Assembly (NCBI GenBank): GCA_002354205.1
Contig: DELD01000002.1
Location: 15,496 to 79,495 of the forward strand
Source of the DNA: Micavibrio sp. UBA2705
Lineage (GTDB): Bacteria > Pseudomonadota > Alphaproteobacteria > Micavibrionales > Micavibrionaceae
Direction of reading: 5' to 3'
Length of the DNA stretch: 64,000 nt
A model generated the notes under the pieces. That model was not told the DNA's origin and searched no databases. It saw only the letters and a program-made list of their open reading frames with translations. Every line of letters starts with the position of its first letter. Position 1 is the stretch's first letter. Shown here piece by piece: positions 1 to 7,602 of this stretch. The position numbers and the translations under genes are program-made.

Positions 1-56
1 CTTGCCTGATAATGTTACGCCCGCTTCTTGCAGCGCTAAGATTAATTGTTCACTCA
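1..56 (-). CDS. 5' end of an unidentified gene (N-terminus MSEQLILALQEAGVTLSGK...), continues beyond the left edge
   Basis: ATG at 56 on the minus strand, just downstream of the pepN terminator. The reading frame stays open to position 1. Only 18 codons are visible. Confidence 0.3.
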
Positions 57-74
57 TAACCATATACATACAAA

Positions 75-103
75 GAAAAAAACGCCGCGTAAAGCGGCGT
101 TTT
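75..103 (-). terminator. Rho-independent terminator after pepN
   Basis: Stem aacgccgc (81-88) / gcggcgtt (94-101), followed on the minus strand by a T-run (the A-run at 75-82 on plus). Lies 20 nt past the pepN stop. Confidence 0.8.
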
Positions 104-123
104 ATGTTTCATCATTTAATATA

Positions 124-2838
124 TTAGGGCTGCGGCGTGTTTTGATCGCCTTGCGCTGCTGGCGCGCTTGCGTCTTTGCGCAAGGCGGCATATTCATTTG
201 CGCCTAAGAATTTCTTCAGCTTCTCGCTTGTATTCGCGCTAAGCTCTGGCGCTTTGGCAATGCGCTCTAACGCGCCATGCATTTTGTCGCGAATATCATC
301 TTTATATTGCCCATAGCTCGCAAGATTATCGACAAGGCGCGATGCAAGCTGCGGATTGCGCTGATCTTCCGCACCAGATTCTAATTGAATGATTTTATCT
401 GCGAGTAAAGTATAACCGCTGCCATCAGGCGCATGGAACAGACCGCCATTTCCTGCAAGGCCGTTAAATAATGAACGAATACGGTTCGCCGTAATATTCG
501 ATTTATTATCGGCGTGATTGCACAGATCAGCGAAAGCTTGACCATCCTGCGCTGAGGAAGCAACGATTTGCGCCCAGCTATCCGTCGCAGTGACGTAATC
601 TTTGTGCTGCGCGTAAAAATCATCACGGTAATGCGCATGGTCAGCCTGTGCCATTTTGCTGCCCATAATCGCAACAAAAGCGGCTTGCTTATCATTAAAG
701 TTATTCGACATGCTGTAATGCGCTTTCAAAAGCGGATAAGCCGCGGCCTCCTCGCTTGCCGCAATATAATGTAAGGCTTTGTTCATCAAGGCGCGGCGGC
801 CTTTTTCTGCCATATTATACGCGTAAGGCTTATTATAATCAGCTGTGTTTTGGTAAGTATCAATCCATTTTGAATAAAGCGTCGTCGCGATATTCTGTGA
901 AAGGCTCTGGCGTACTGCGCCAATTTGCACAGGGTCACGCTTGGCAAAGTTTTGCGCAATCATCGCCGTTGATGGGATGTTGAGCATCAACGCTTTTACT
1001 TCATCATCAAGGCTAGCATCATCCAAAATTGTTTCAAACAACTGCGCGATACGCGGGTCAGCATTGTAAGTTTTACCGTTCTGCGCGACTTTAACGCCGC
1101 TAACAAGCTCACGTTCTAAAAACATTTGGATCGCCGACCAGCGGTTAAACATATCCGTATCATTTTTCGCTAAGAATAGCAGCTCATCACTGCTGTAATC
1201 CGCTTTAAGGCTCACTGGCGCTGAAAAATTACGCAGCAATGACGGTGTGCAGCCCTTTGGCACAAAATAGGCATATTGCTCCGACGCGCTATCAAGGTGA
1301 ATAGTCTCTGACACCACCTCGTTACCATCTTTATCGAGCAAGCCAAACGCCACAGGGATAACGCGCGGCGCGCCATCTGATACGCCGTCAATTTTCGGCA
1401 CATCTTGTTTAAGGTCAAGCAAGAAGCGCCCGCGCTTCTCATCATAAGACCAATCCGCCGTTAATGTTGGGCGGCCGCCTTGTGTGTACCAGAGCATAAA
1501 TTGGTCTAAATTCACATTATTAGCATCGGCATGGGCGTTGACCCAGTCTTCCACCGCAACGGCCTGACCATCATGGCGTTTAAAATAAAGGTCTGCGCCA
1601 TCTTTAAAGCCTTGCTCGCCGACAATGCTTTTGAGCACGCGATTCACTTCAGCGCCTTTATTATAGACGGTTGAAGTATAAATATTATTCATCTCTTCAG
1701 CCTCTTCCATACGCGGCGCATGAACCATTGGGCCGTTATCTTCGCTGAACTGAGAAGCTTTTAGCGCCATCACATCTTGAATGCGCGTTGCCAATGCATT
1801 GCCCATATCAGCCGAGAATGACTGGTCACGATAAACGGTAAGGCCTTCTTTCAAACAAAGTTCAAGCCAGTTTTTAACCGTAACACGATTGCCCGTCCAG
1901 TTGTGGAAATATTCATGACCAATAACGCCTTCGACATTATAATAATCCGCATCATTCGCATATGAAGGATGCGCCAATAGATATTTAGGGTTAAAGACAT
2001 TTAGCCCCTTATTTTCCATCGCGCCCATATTGAAATAATCATCAGCCACCACCATGTACTTATCAAGGTCATAAGCAAGTCCCCAAACATCTTCATCCCA
2101 GCGCATCGCGTTTTTCAGAGAATCCATTGCGTGCTGTAAGCCTTCTTTATATTTCGGCTCGGCATAAACTTCTAACTTCACATCACGCCCTGCATTGGTT
2201 GTGTATGTGTCTTCAATCATCGCGAAATTATTGCCACAAAGCGCAAATAAATATGTTGGTTTTAAAAAAGGGTCTTCCCAGCGGCGGCGCACTAAGCCAT
2301 CACCTAAGTCTTCTTCTTCGGTCATATTACCGTTCGACAAAGCATTTTGCACTTTGCTTGGGTCAAAAATAATATCTGTCGTGAATTTTGCTAAATTATC
2401 GGGGCGGTCAACCGCATATGTGATACGGCGGAAACCTTCGGCTTCGCATTGTGTGGTGTAACTGCCACCTTGTTTATATAAGCCTTCGGCTGCGCCGTTT
2501 TCTTTGGCGTTAAAACTGGTTTCAACTTCCAGCTCAAAGCTTTCTAATCCTGTATCTAACGTTAAAGTATCATCGCCCTTCACATAGCCCGCTTTCGGGT
2601 CTGTGCTGGCTGATAAAGCTTTACCGTTCACCTTAACGCTATCAAGGTCAAAATATTCGCCGTTAAGCACTAATGGTTCATTATGCTGACCATTACGCTG
2701 AATTTTGGTTTTTGTCACAATGCGCGCCTGCCCATCAACCCCGTCATCATCAAGGAAGAATGTCATATGGACTTCTGGCGTAAAATATTTTGGTGGTTGG
2801 TAATCCGCGCGGCGAATTGCTGTGCTTTGCTCAGCCAT
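124..2838 (-). CDS. pepN: Aminopeptidase N (M1 family)
   Basis: 904 aa. GAMEN exopeptidase motif ('GAMENKGLN') and zinc motif 'HEYFHNWTGNRVT' (HExxH-18-E). Length is typical of PepN. Confidence 0.95.
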   Translation of the reverse strand: MAEQSTAIRRADYQPPKYFTPEVHMTFFLDDDGVDGQARIVTKTKIQRNGQHNEPLVLNGEYFDLDSVKVNGKALSASTDPKAGYVKGDDTLTLDTGLESFELEVETSFNAKENGAAEGLYKQGGSYTTQCEAEGFRRITYAVDRPDNLAKFTTDIIFDPSKVQNALSNGNMTEEEDLGDGLVRRRWEDPFLKPTYLFALCGNNFAMIEDTYTTNAGRDVKLEVYAEPKYKEGLQHAMDSLKNAMRWDEDVWGLAYDLDKYMVVADDYFNMGAMENKGLNVFNPKYLLAHPSYANDADYYNVEGVIGHEYFHNWTGNRVTVKNWLELCLKEGLTVYRDQSFSADMGNALATRIQDVMALKASQFSEDNGPMVHAPRMEEAEEMNNIYTSTVYNKGAEVNRVLKSIVGEQGFKDGADLYFKRHDGQAVAVEDWVNAHADANNVNLDQFMLWYTQGGRPTLTADWSYDEKRGRFLLDLKQDVPKIDGVSDGAPRVIPVAFGLLDKDGNEVVSETIHLDSASEQYAYFVPKGCTPSLLRNFSAPVSLKADYSSDELLFLAKNDTDMFNRWSAIQMFLERELVSGVKVAQNGKTYNADPRIAQLFETILDDASLDDEVKALMLNIPSTAMIAQNFAKRDPVQIGAVRQSLSQNIATTLYSKWIDTYQNTADYNKPYAYNMAEKGRRALMNKALHYIAASEEAAAYPLLKAHYSMSNNFNDKQAAFVAIMGSKMAQADHAHYRDDFYAQHKDYVTATDSWAQIVASSAQDGQAFADLCNHADNKSNITANRIRSLFNGLAGNGGLFHAPDGSGYTLLADKIIQLESGAEDQRNPQLASRLVDNLASYGQYKDDIRDKMHGALERIAKAPELSANTSEKLKKFLGANEYAALRKDASAPAAQGDQNTPQP

Positions 2839-2903
2839 TGTGAAGTTCTCCCTAATAATATTATTTTTATGGCTGCTATTATTAAAGAATATTGCGCGTT
2901 ATG

Positions 2904-3533
2904 TCAAGACAATTGCTCCCAAACTTCGCCCTCTGTATCTATATCCGAGACATCTTTATGGTGAATGTTCGCGCCGCGCATGTCATGCGCCTCCGCCGCG
3001 CGCAATTCTGGCAGCGCTTTTACGCGGACAATCCCTGCATATAAATTCGCAGGGAATAAAGTAATATTAACGCGGACATTGGATACCGCCTTATTATACG
3101 TGGCGCGCGCCAACGCAATTTCGCTTTCATTCGCGTAATATTGATCCATCAGCGCATCTAGCTGCGGATAGTCATGGTAATGCGGATATTGCGGAGCGAG
3201 GGCGAGCATAAAATGCATCATTTCGCCAAGTTTTTCAGCGTGAATAATATAACGCTGCAGCCCTGTTATATCGTAAATATACGGCGCAGGCGGTGGGTCG
3301 AGCAACAAGGCAACAAGGTCTGAGATTAATTCACGCTGGTCGTCCATAAATTTATCACAAAGCTGAACAATTTCAGGCGCATAAAGGTGACGTTTTTGCA
3401 TCGCAACGTCAATACGCGCGACCTCACCATAGGCACGGTCTTTAATTTTCCCCAAATGGCGGCACCAGACATAGCTGGCAACAACAAAAAACACGAGAAA
3501 AGCAGATATGGAATAATTTACAGCGTCAAACAT
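2904..3533 (-). CDS. LemA family membrane protein
   Basis: N-terminal TM helix. Pattern 'VARIDVAMQKRH...' and C-terminal '...ARATYNKAVSNVRVNITLFPANLYAGIV' match the LemA layout (R..YN..V..YN....FP.N..A). Confidence 0.55.
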   Translation of the reverse strand: MFDAVNYSISAFLVFFVVASYVWCRHLGKIKDRAYGEVARIDVAMQKRHLYAPEIVQLCDKFMDDQRELISDLVALLLDPPPAPYIYDITGLQRYIIHAEKLGEMMHFMLALAPQYPHYHDYPQLDALMDQYYANESEIALARATYNKAVSNVRVNITLFPANLYAGIVRVKALPELRAAEAHDMRGANIHHKDVSDIDTEGEVWEQLS

Positions 3534-3583
3534 GGCGGAAGTATATCACACGCATAATAAAGAAAAATAGCGAAACTTAACGC

Positions 3584-4042
3584 TTAATACTTCCTTTGAC
3601 AGTTTTCATAGAAAAAACGGCAGATTGATTCTATTTTTTCTTTAAAGCAGCCCTGACGAACATCAACGCAATATTGCACACGCCCACTATGTGAAAGACC
3701 ATCCCAATACTGCTTAATTTCGCTAACGCCTTGCCTTGAATTAAGATATTCAGCGCTGTACCTACTCTCGCCATTTATGCGGTTTTGTGATGTAGCCGCG
3801 CCTGATGGAGGGTTATTTTGCAACTGAAGGAAATATTGCTGCATCGCCTGTTTCTGTGCCTGAGATTGCGCAGGGCTCTGCGCTTGCGCGGCTCTTTGTG
3901 CAAGCTCTTGCTTGGCACGCTGCGTTTGCTGCTGACTTTGCGTTTGGACGCTGCGGTTCAAAGCATCCAAATAGCCCTCCGCGTTAACGCCTTGCGCGCC
4001 TGTTAAAAACACAGCCATCATCATCAGAAAACAAATTCTCAC
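3584..4042 (-). CDS. Small exported Gln/Ala-rich protein with Cys-containing C-terminal domain
   Basis: Signal peptide 'MRICFLMMMAVFLTGAQGVNA', a Q/A-rich low-complexity stretch, and 4 Cys in the last 40 aa. Lies 25 nt downstream of the anti-sigma gene. Confidence 0.55.
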   Translation of the reverse strand: MRICFLMMMAVFLTGAQGVNAEGYLDALNRSVQTQSQQQTQRAKQELAQRAAQAQSPAQSQAQKQAMQQYFLQLQNNPPSGAATSQNRINGESRYSAEYLNSRQGVSEIKQYWDGLSHSGRVQYCVDVRQGCFKEKIESICRFFYENCQRKY

Positions 4043-4067
4043 GCTTTACGACACCTTCCTGCAGAAG

Positions 4068-4727
4068 TTAACCTTCTTGATTTAAATACTCTAACGCATC
4101 TTCCATTAACACATCGTCAAATTCCAAAATAATATAATCCATGAATTTATTGATATCTTGTTCTTTTTCAATCTCAGCAAAGGCCAAAATCAACTCTTGA
4201 TGCGTCTCGCTTTCCACCGCCAAGTTTTCTATTTCATCTAGCGCATCATCAACCCGCGCAAGGACAATCGGCTGTGCATCAGATGCAGCGCCCTGCGCGC
4301 CCAAAAGCGCCGCGCGCTCTGCCGCGAAATCATTTTGCGCCAACAAAGCCACGACAAGCACCACAGCGACAATACTTGCTAGCGCGTAAGCCGGCTTTAA
4401 AGCACGTCCCCATAGGCCAAAAACTGTGCCCATTACGCCTGTGCGCAAGCCCCCCTCATCGCGCGCTTCAGCTTGCGACGCGGCGTATTGTGCCTCCCTG
4501 ACAATTTGCGCACGCGCAGCGGCAACAACATCCGTATTCAATGCTGGCACGGTAAAATCATCCAGCTGCGCATCGAGGCTCTGCGCCTGTAAATATAAAT
4601 CCAAGGCGCCGGCATCTTCACGCAGGAAGTCTCTTAAAGCATCGACATCGGCCCCTTGCCAAAGGTTAAAATCGCTGCCGTAAATCGCCAAGTTTCGTTT
4701 AAATGTTTTTAAGGTAATATCACTCAT
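4068..4727 (-). CDS. Putative anti-sigma factor (single-pass, non-ZAS)
   Basis: ATGA start/stop overlap with the upstream ECF sigma gene. One central TM helix ('YALASIVAVVLVVALLA'). No HxxxCxxC zinc motif. Very acidic C-terminal domain. Confidence 0.5.
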   Translation of the reverse strand: MSDITLKTFKRNLAIYGSDFNLWQGADVDALRDFLREDAGALDLYLQAQSLDAQLDDFTVPALNTDVVAAARAQIVREAQYAASQAEARDEGGLRTGVMGTVFGLWGRALKPAYALASIVAVVLVVALLAQNDFAAERAALLGAQGAASDAQPIVLARVDDALDEIENLAVESETHQELILAFAEIEKEQDINKFMDYIILEFDDVLMEDALEYLNQEG

Positions 4728-5329
4728 ATGACCTCCTGACTTTTTTGTAAATTTTGCTTTAATGCTTTGCGTCCACGCACCAAAAGGCTCTCAATCGCCT
4801 TGACTGAGATGCCCATCGCATCTGCCGCTTCTTTATTGCTCATTTCTTGGTAATAAACCAAAACCACCGCCTGACGTGCACGCGCTGGCAGGGTTTGCAG
4901 CGCGGCTTCAACATGCGCGCTGCGCTGTGCCTGCTCATGTTCAAAATCACTGCGCTCCGCCCCGTGCAAAGGGACGACATCAATATCAACCGCCGTTTGC
5001 ACGGGTTGTCGTTTATTTTTACGCTGCACATCAATGCATAAATTTGTCGCCACGCGGTAAATCCATGCCCGCGCGGAAATATCTTTTTGTCGGCTCCAAT
5101 GCATGGATTTTTGCCACAAATGCACCAATATATCTTGCAACATATCTTCACATTCTGCGCCTGTGAAACCAAGGCGATAAACAAGACGATTAAGCGCCGC
5201 GGCATAACGTTCACAAAAAACATCAAAAGCCGCATGCTGCCCTTCGGCCATGCCCATTAGCAATTCCCCGTCATTCATCGCGGAAAATTTATGCTGCACT
5301 TCATTATGTTTGAAAATCTTATCTCTCAA
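4724..5329 (-). CDS. ECF-type RNA polymerase sigma-70 family factor
   Basis: Region 2-like segment ('LQDILVHLWQK...WIYRVATN') and region 4.2 HTH ('MSNKEAADAMGISVKAIESLLVRGRKALK'). The start may be internal (M18, 'MNDGELL'). Confidence 0.85.
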   Translation of the reverse strand: MRDKIFKHNEVQHKFSAMNDGELLMGMAEGQHAAFDVFCERYAAALNRLVYRLGFTGAECEDMLQDILVHLWQKSMHWSRQKDISARAWIYRVATNLCIDVQRKNKRQPVQTAVDIDVVPLHGAERSDFEHEQAQRSAHVEAALQTLPARARQAVVLVYYQEMSNKEAADAMGISVKAIESLLVRGRKALKQNLQKSQEVI

Positions 5330-5352
5330 TATACAAAACCTTTATCATCCCT

Positions 5353-5769
5353 TTATTCGCGGCACTTATCGCGGGCAAGGTCGCAGGCAAATTTCTTGTT
5401 TTCTTGCTGACATTTTTGCTGCAGTTTCTGGCAGAAAAAGGCGCGTTCTTCCGCGTCCGCATTTTGCCATTTTTCTTCTAGCTTTTTCTCGCGCGCGGCG
5501 CATCTTTGCAAATGTTCCTCTTTTAATTCTTCTAAGCGTGCGGCGCGCTGCGCAGGCGGCAAAGCCATCAATTCTTCTTTAAGTCGCTGTTTATTAAAAT
5601 CAGGTCGTGGACTATGGCGCTGCTCATGGTTTTGTAGTGGCTCTGTGCGTTTCCCATCAAGGTGCATCCCCTCATGTGCATAGCCATCCTGTGCATAGAC
5701 ATGCGCTATCGTGCTAATCTGTATTAACATGATAAGAACCATCACTACTTTGATTCTTCTCTGCTGCAT
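5353..5769 (-). CDS. Small exported charged protein with Cys-rich C-terminus
   Basis: Signal peptide ending 'AHVYAQ'. Charged helical body ('LPPAQRAARLEELKEEHLQRC'). 4 Cys in the C-terminal 45 aa. Ends 23 nt upstream of the sigma gene. Confidence 0.55.
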   Translation of the reverse strand: MQQRRIKVVMVLIMLIQISTIAHVYAQDGYAHEGMHLDGKRTEPLQNHEQRHSPRPDFNKQRLKEELMALPPAQRAARLEELKEEHLQRCAAREKKLEEKWQNADAEERAFFCQKLQQKCQQENKKFACDLARDKCRE

Positions 5770-5852
5770 TACTGTTTTTTTCTTCCTTATAAATTGTGTA
5801 ATAAGCCACGGCGCAAAAATGCGTTAGCGCTCCTGCATCGTGGCTAAAAACA

Positions 5853-6284
5853 TTATTGTCCTATAGTTTCGCGCTTGTCTTTTAACTTTGCACGGTGCTC
5901 TTTTACTTTGTCATGATGCGCCTTCGCTTTTTCACGGTGCTCTTCATGCTTTTCCTTATGCTCTTCTACGCGTTCTTTATGATTTCCCTGGCGCTCTTTG
6001 GCTTCCTCATGGCGTTGCTGCATTTTTTCTTTATGGTCTTCACGTTTTTCTTTTGCAGATTCATGGCGTTCTTGCATCTTCTCTTTATGTGCATCCATAC
6101 GCTCTTTATGATCTTCGCGCTTTTCTTTTACAGCTTCTTTACGCTCTGCTGCTTTGGCTTTTTGTGTTTCAATGCGCTCTTTCATTGCTGCGCCGTGGCC
6201 TGCCGCTTGCGCGTGATGATGTGCGCCCAAAGAAATACAGCTCACCGATACTGCCAATAATGTTAAAAATTTACGTTTTTTCAT
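5853..6284 (-). CDS. Exported His/Lys/Glu-rich periodic repeat protein (possible periplasmic metal-binding or chaperone-like protein)
   Basis: Signal peptide 'MKKRKFLTLLAVSVSCISLGAHHHAQA', then ~110 aa of reiterated KEKxEDHKE(K/R)M..(R)HE.AKE units. Confidence 0.65.
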   Translation of the reverse strand: MKKRKFLTLLAVSVSCISLGAHHHAQAAGHGAAMKERIETQKAKAAERKEAVKEKREDHKERMDAHKEKMQERHESAKEKREDHKEKMQQRHEEAKERQGNHKERVEEHKEKHEEHREKAKAHHDKVKEHRAKLKDKRETIGQ

Positions 6285-6468
6285 TTTGAGTCCCCTCGCT
6301 AAATTTGACCTATTAAATACTATAACGCCAAGGCCTTAAAAAACCCTTCATATTATTTATCTCTTTTTTGCGCGCACAACCATAAGTCACATCAATTTGC
6401 TTTTTCACCTTATTTCGTGTATTATACGCATAACATTATATAACCGCACACAACATATAAGGGTATAA

Positions 6469-7533
6469 ATGAAACGCATTATTGTAAGTCTTGACGGTAC
6501 ATGGCAAACGGCTGAACAGGATAATCCGACAAATATTAAACTGATTCACGATTGTTTTATGCCTTACGACAAAAACGGCGTAGAGCAACTTACAAAGCAT
6601 TTTTCCGGCATCGGCACACAAGGCAATAAATTAAAACGGCTTTTTAACGGTATCACAGGTGGCAGCCTCGAAGACCGTATTAAAGAAGCTTATAAATTTA
6701 TCGTCGAAAATTACAATAATGGTGATGAAATTATCCTTTCAGGCTTTAGTCGCGGCGCGTTTACCGCACGTACATTAAACGGCATGATGTATAAAGCGGG
6801 CATTATCGACCCTAGCAAAGTTGACGACCTCGACCAAGCCATTGAAGAGGCATATGATTTTTATCAAACAAATCACCGTCCAAACAGCAAACACGGCGTA
6901 GATTTCCGTGAAAAACATGCCATGGCTGAGCGCCCTAAAACAGTTCTGGCTTGCTTTGATACAGTCGGTTCACTGGGCATCCCCCCGCAGCTGACAACAT
7001 TTGCCAATCTTTTTAATAAAGACCACGCATTCCATGATACACGGGTCAACAGAAACACAACCCATGCCTTTCATATTGCCGCGATTAATGAACACCGTAA
7101 AAACTTTCAACTCACCCCAATGCGCGCATCTGAAAATGCCGACACACAGGTGACGCAGCTTTGGTGCGTTGGTAACCACAGCGCAATTGGCGGCGGCAGT
7201 GACCATAACAGCAATAAGCCGCTTTCCGATATTGCAGGTTTAAAAATGATTGAACTGCTGGAAAAACAATGCAATGTCGGGTTTAGCGCCGCCAAAATAC
7301 AAGAAAAATTTGCGCCTAATGCCCTCGCAACCCCCCATAGCGATTTTAAACAAAAGGGCTTTATTTGGAAAATTTCCGGCCTCAACACGCAGCGTATCAT
7401 TAGCATGAGTGAGCAGTTCGCTGATTCTGTCGGGGAGCGCTGGAAAAACAATCAAAACTACCGCCCCTCGCAGCTCAATAAATTTTCTGACAATGCAGGA
7501 AATTTCCCTCTCTGCCCATATCCAAAGCCTTAA
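6469..7533 (+). CDS. DUF2235 alpha/beta hydrolase (Tle1-like phospholipase fold)
   Basis: N-terminus 'IIVSLDGTWQ' and nucleophile elbow 'GFSRGAFTAR', as in the DUF2235 family. 354 aa. Confidence 0.7.
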   Translation: MKRIIVSLDGTWQTAEQDNPTNIKLIHDCFMPYDKNGVEQLTKHFSGIGTQGNKLKRLFNGITGGSLEDRIKEAYKFIVENYNNGDEIILSGFSRGAFTARTLNGMMYKAGIIDPSKVDDLDQAIEEAYDFYQTNHRPNSKHGVDFREKHAMAERPKTVLACFDTVGSLGIPPQLTTFANLFNKDHAFHDTRVNRNTTHAFHIAAINEHRKNFQLTPMRASENADTQVTQLWCVGNHSAIGGGSDHNSNKPLSDIAGLKMIELLEKQCNVGFSAAKIQEKFAPNALATPHSDFKQKGFIWKISGLNTQRIISMSEQFADSVGERWKNNQNYRPSQLNKFSDNAGNFPLCPYPKP

Positions 7534-7602
7534 GCGCGCAGGAAAAACGCGCTTTAGAATTCTTTTCATTCACGCTGTGATCCATGGTAAAATGGATGGG
7601 TA

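Noticed and set aside
5888-6289. Two plus-strand ORFs (133 and 121 aa) antisense to the His-rich gene
   Set aside because: They are Phe/Leu-rich artefacts produced by the complement of the AAG/GAA/CAT-rich repeat. They have no RBS and overlap the better-supported signal-peptide-bearing gene completely.
6469-7533. DUF2235 gene as part of a type VI secretion effector-immunity module
   Set aside because: No T6SS structural gene, VgrG/PAAR gene or adjacent small immunity-like gene is present in the window.
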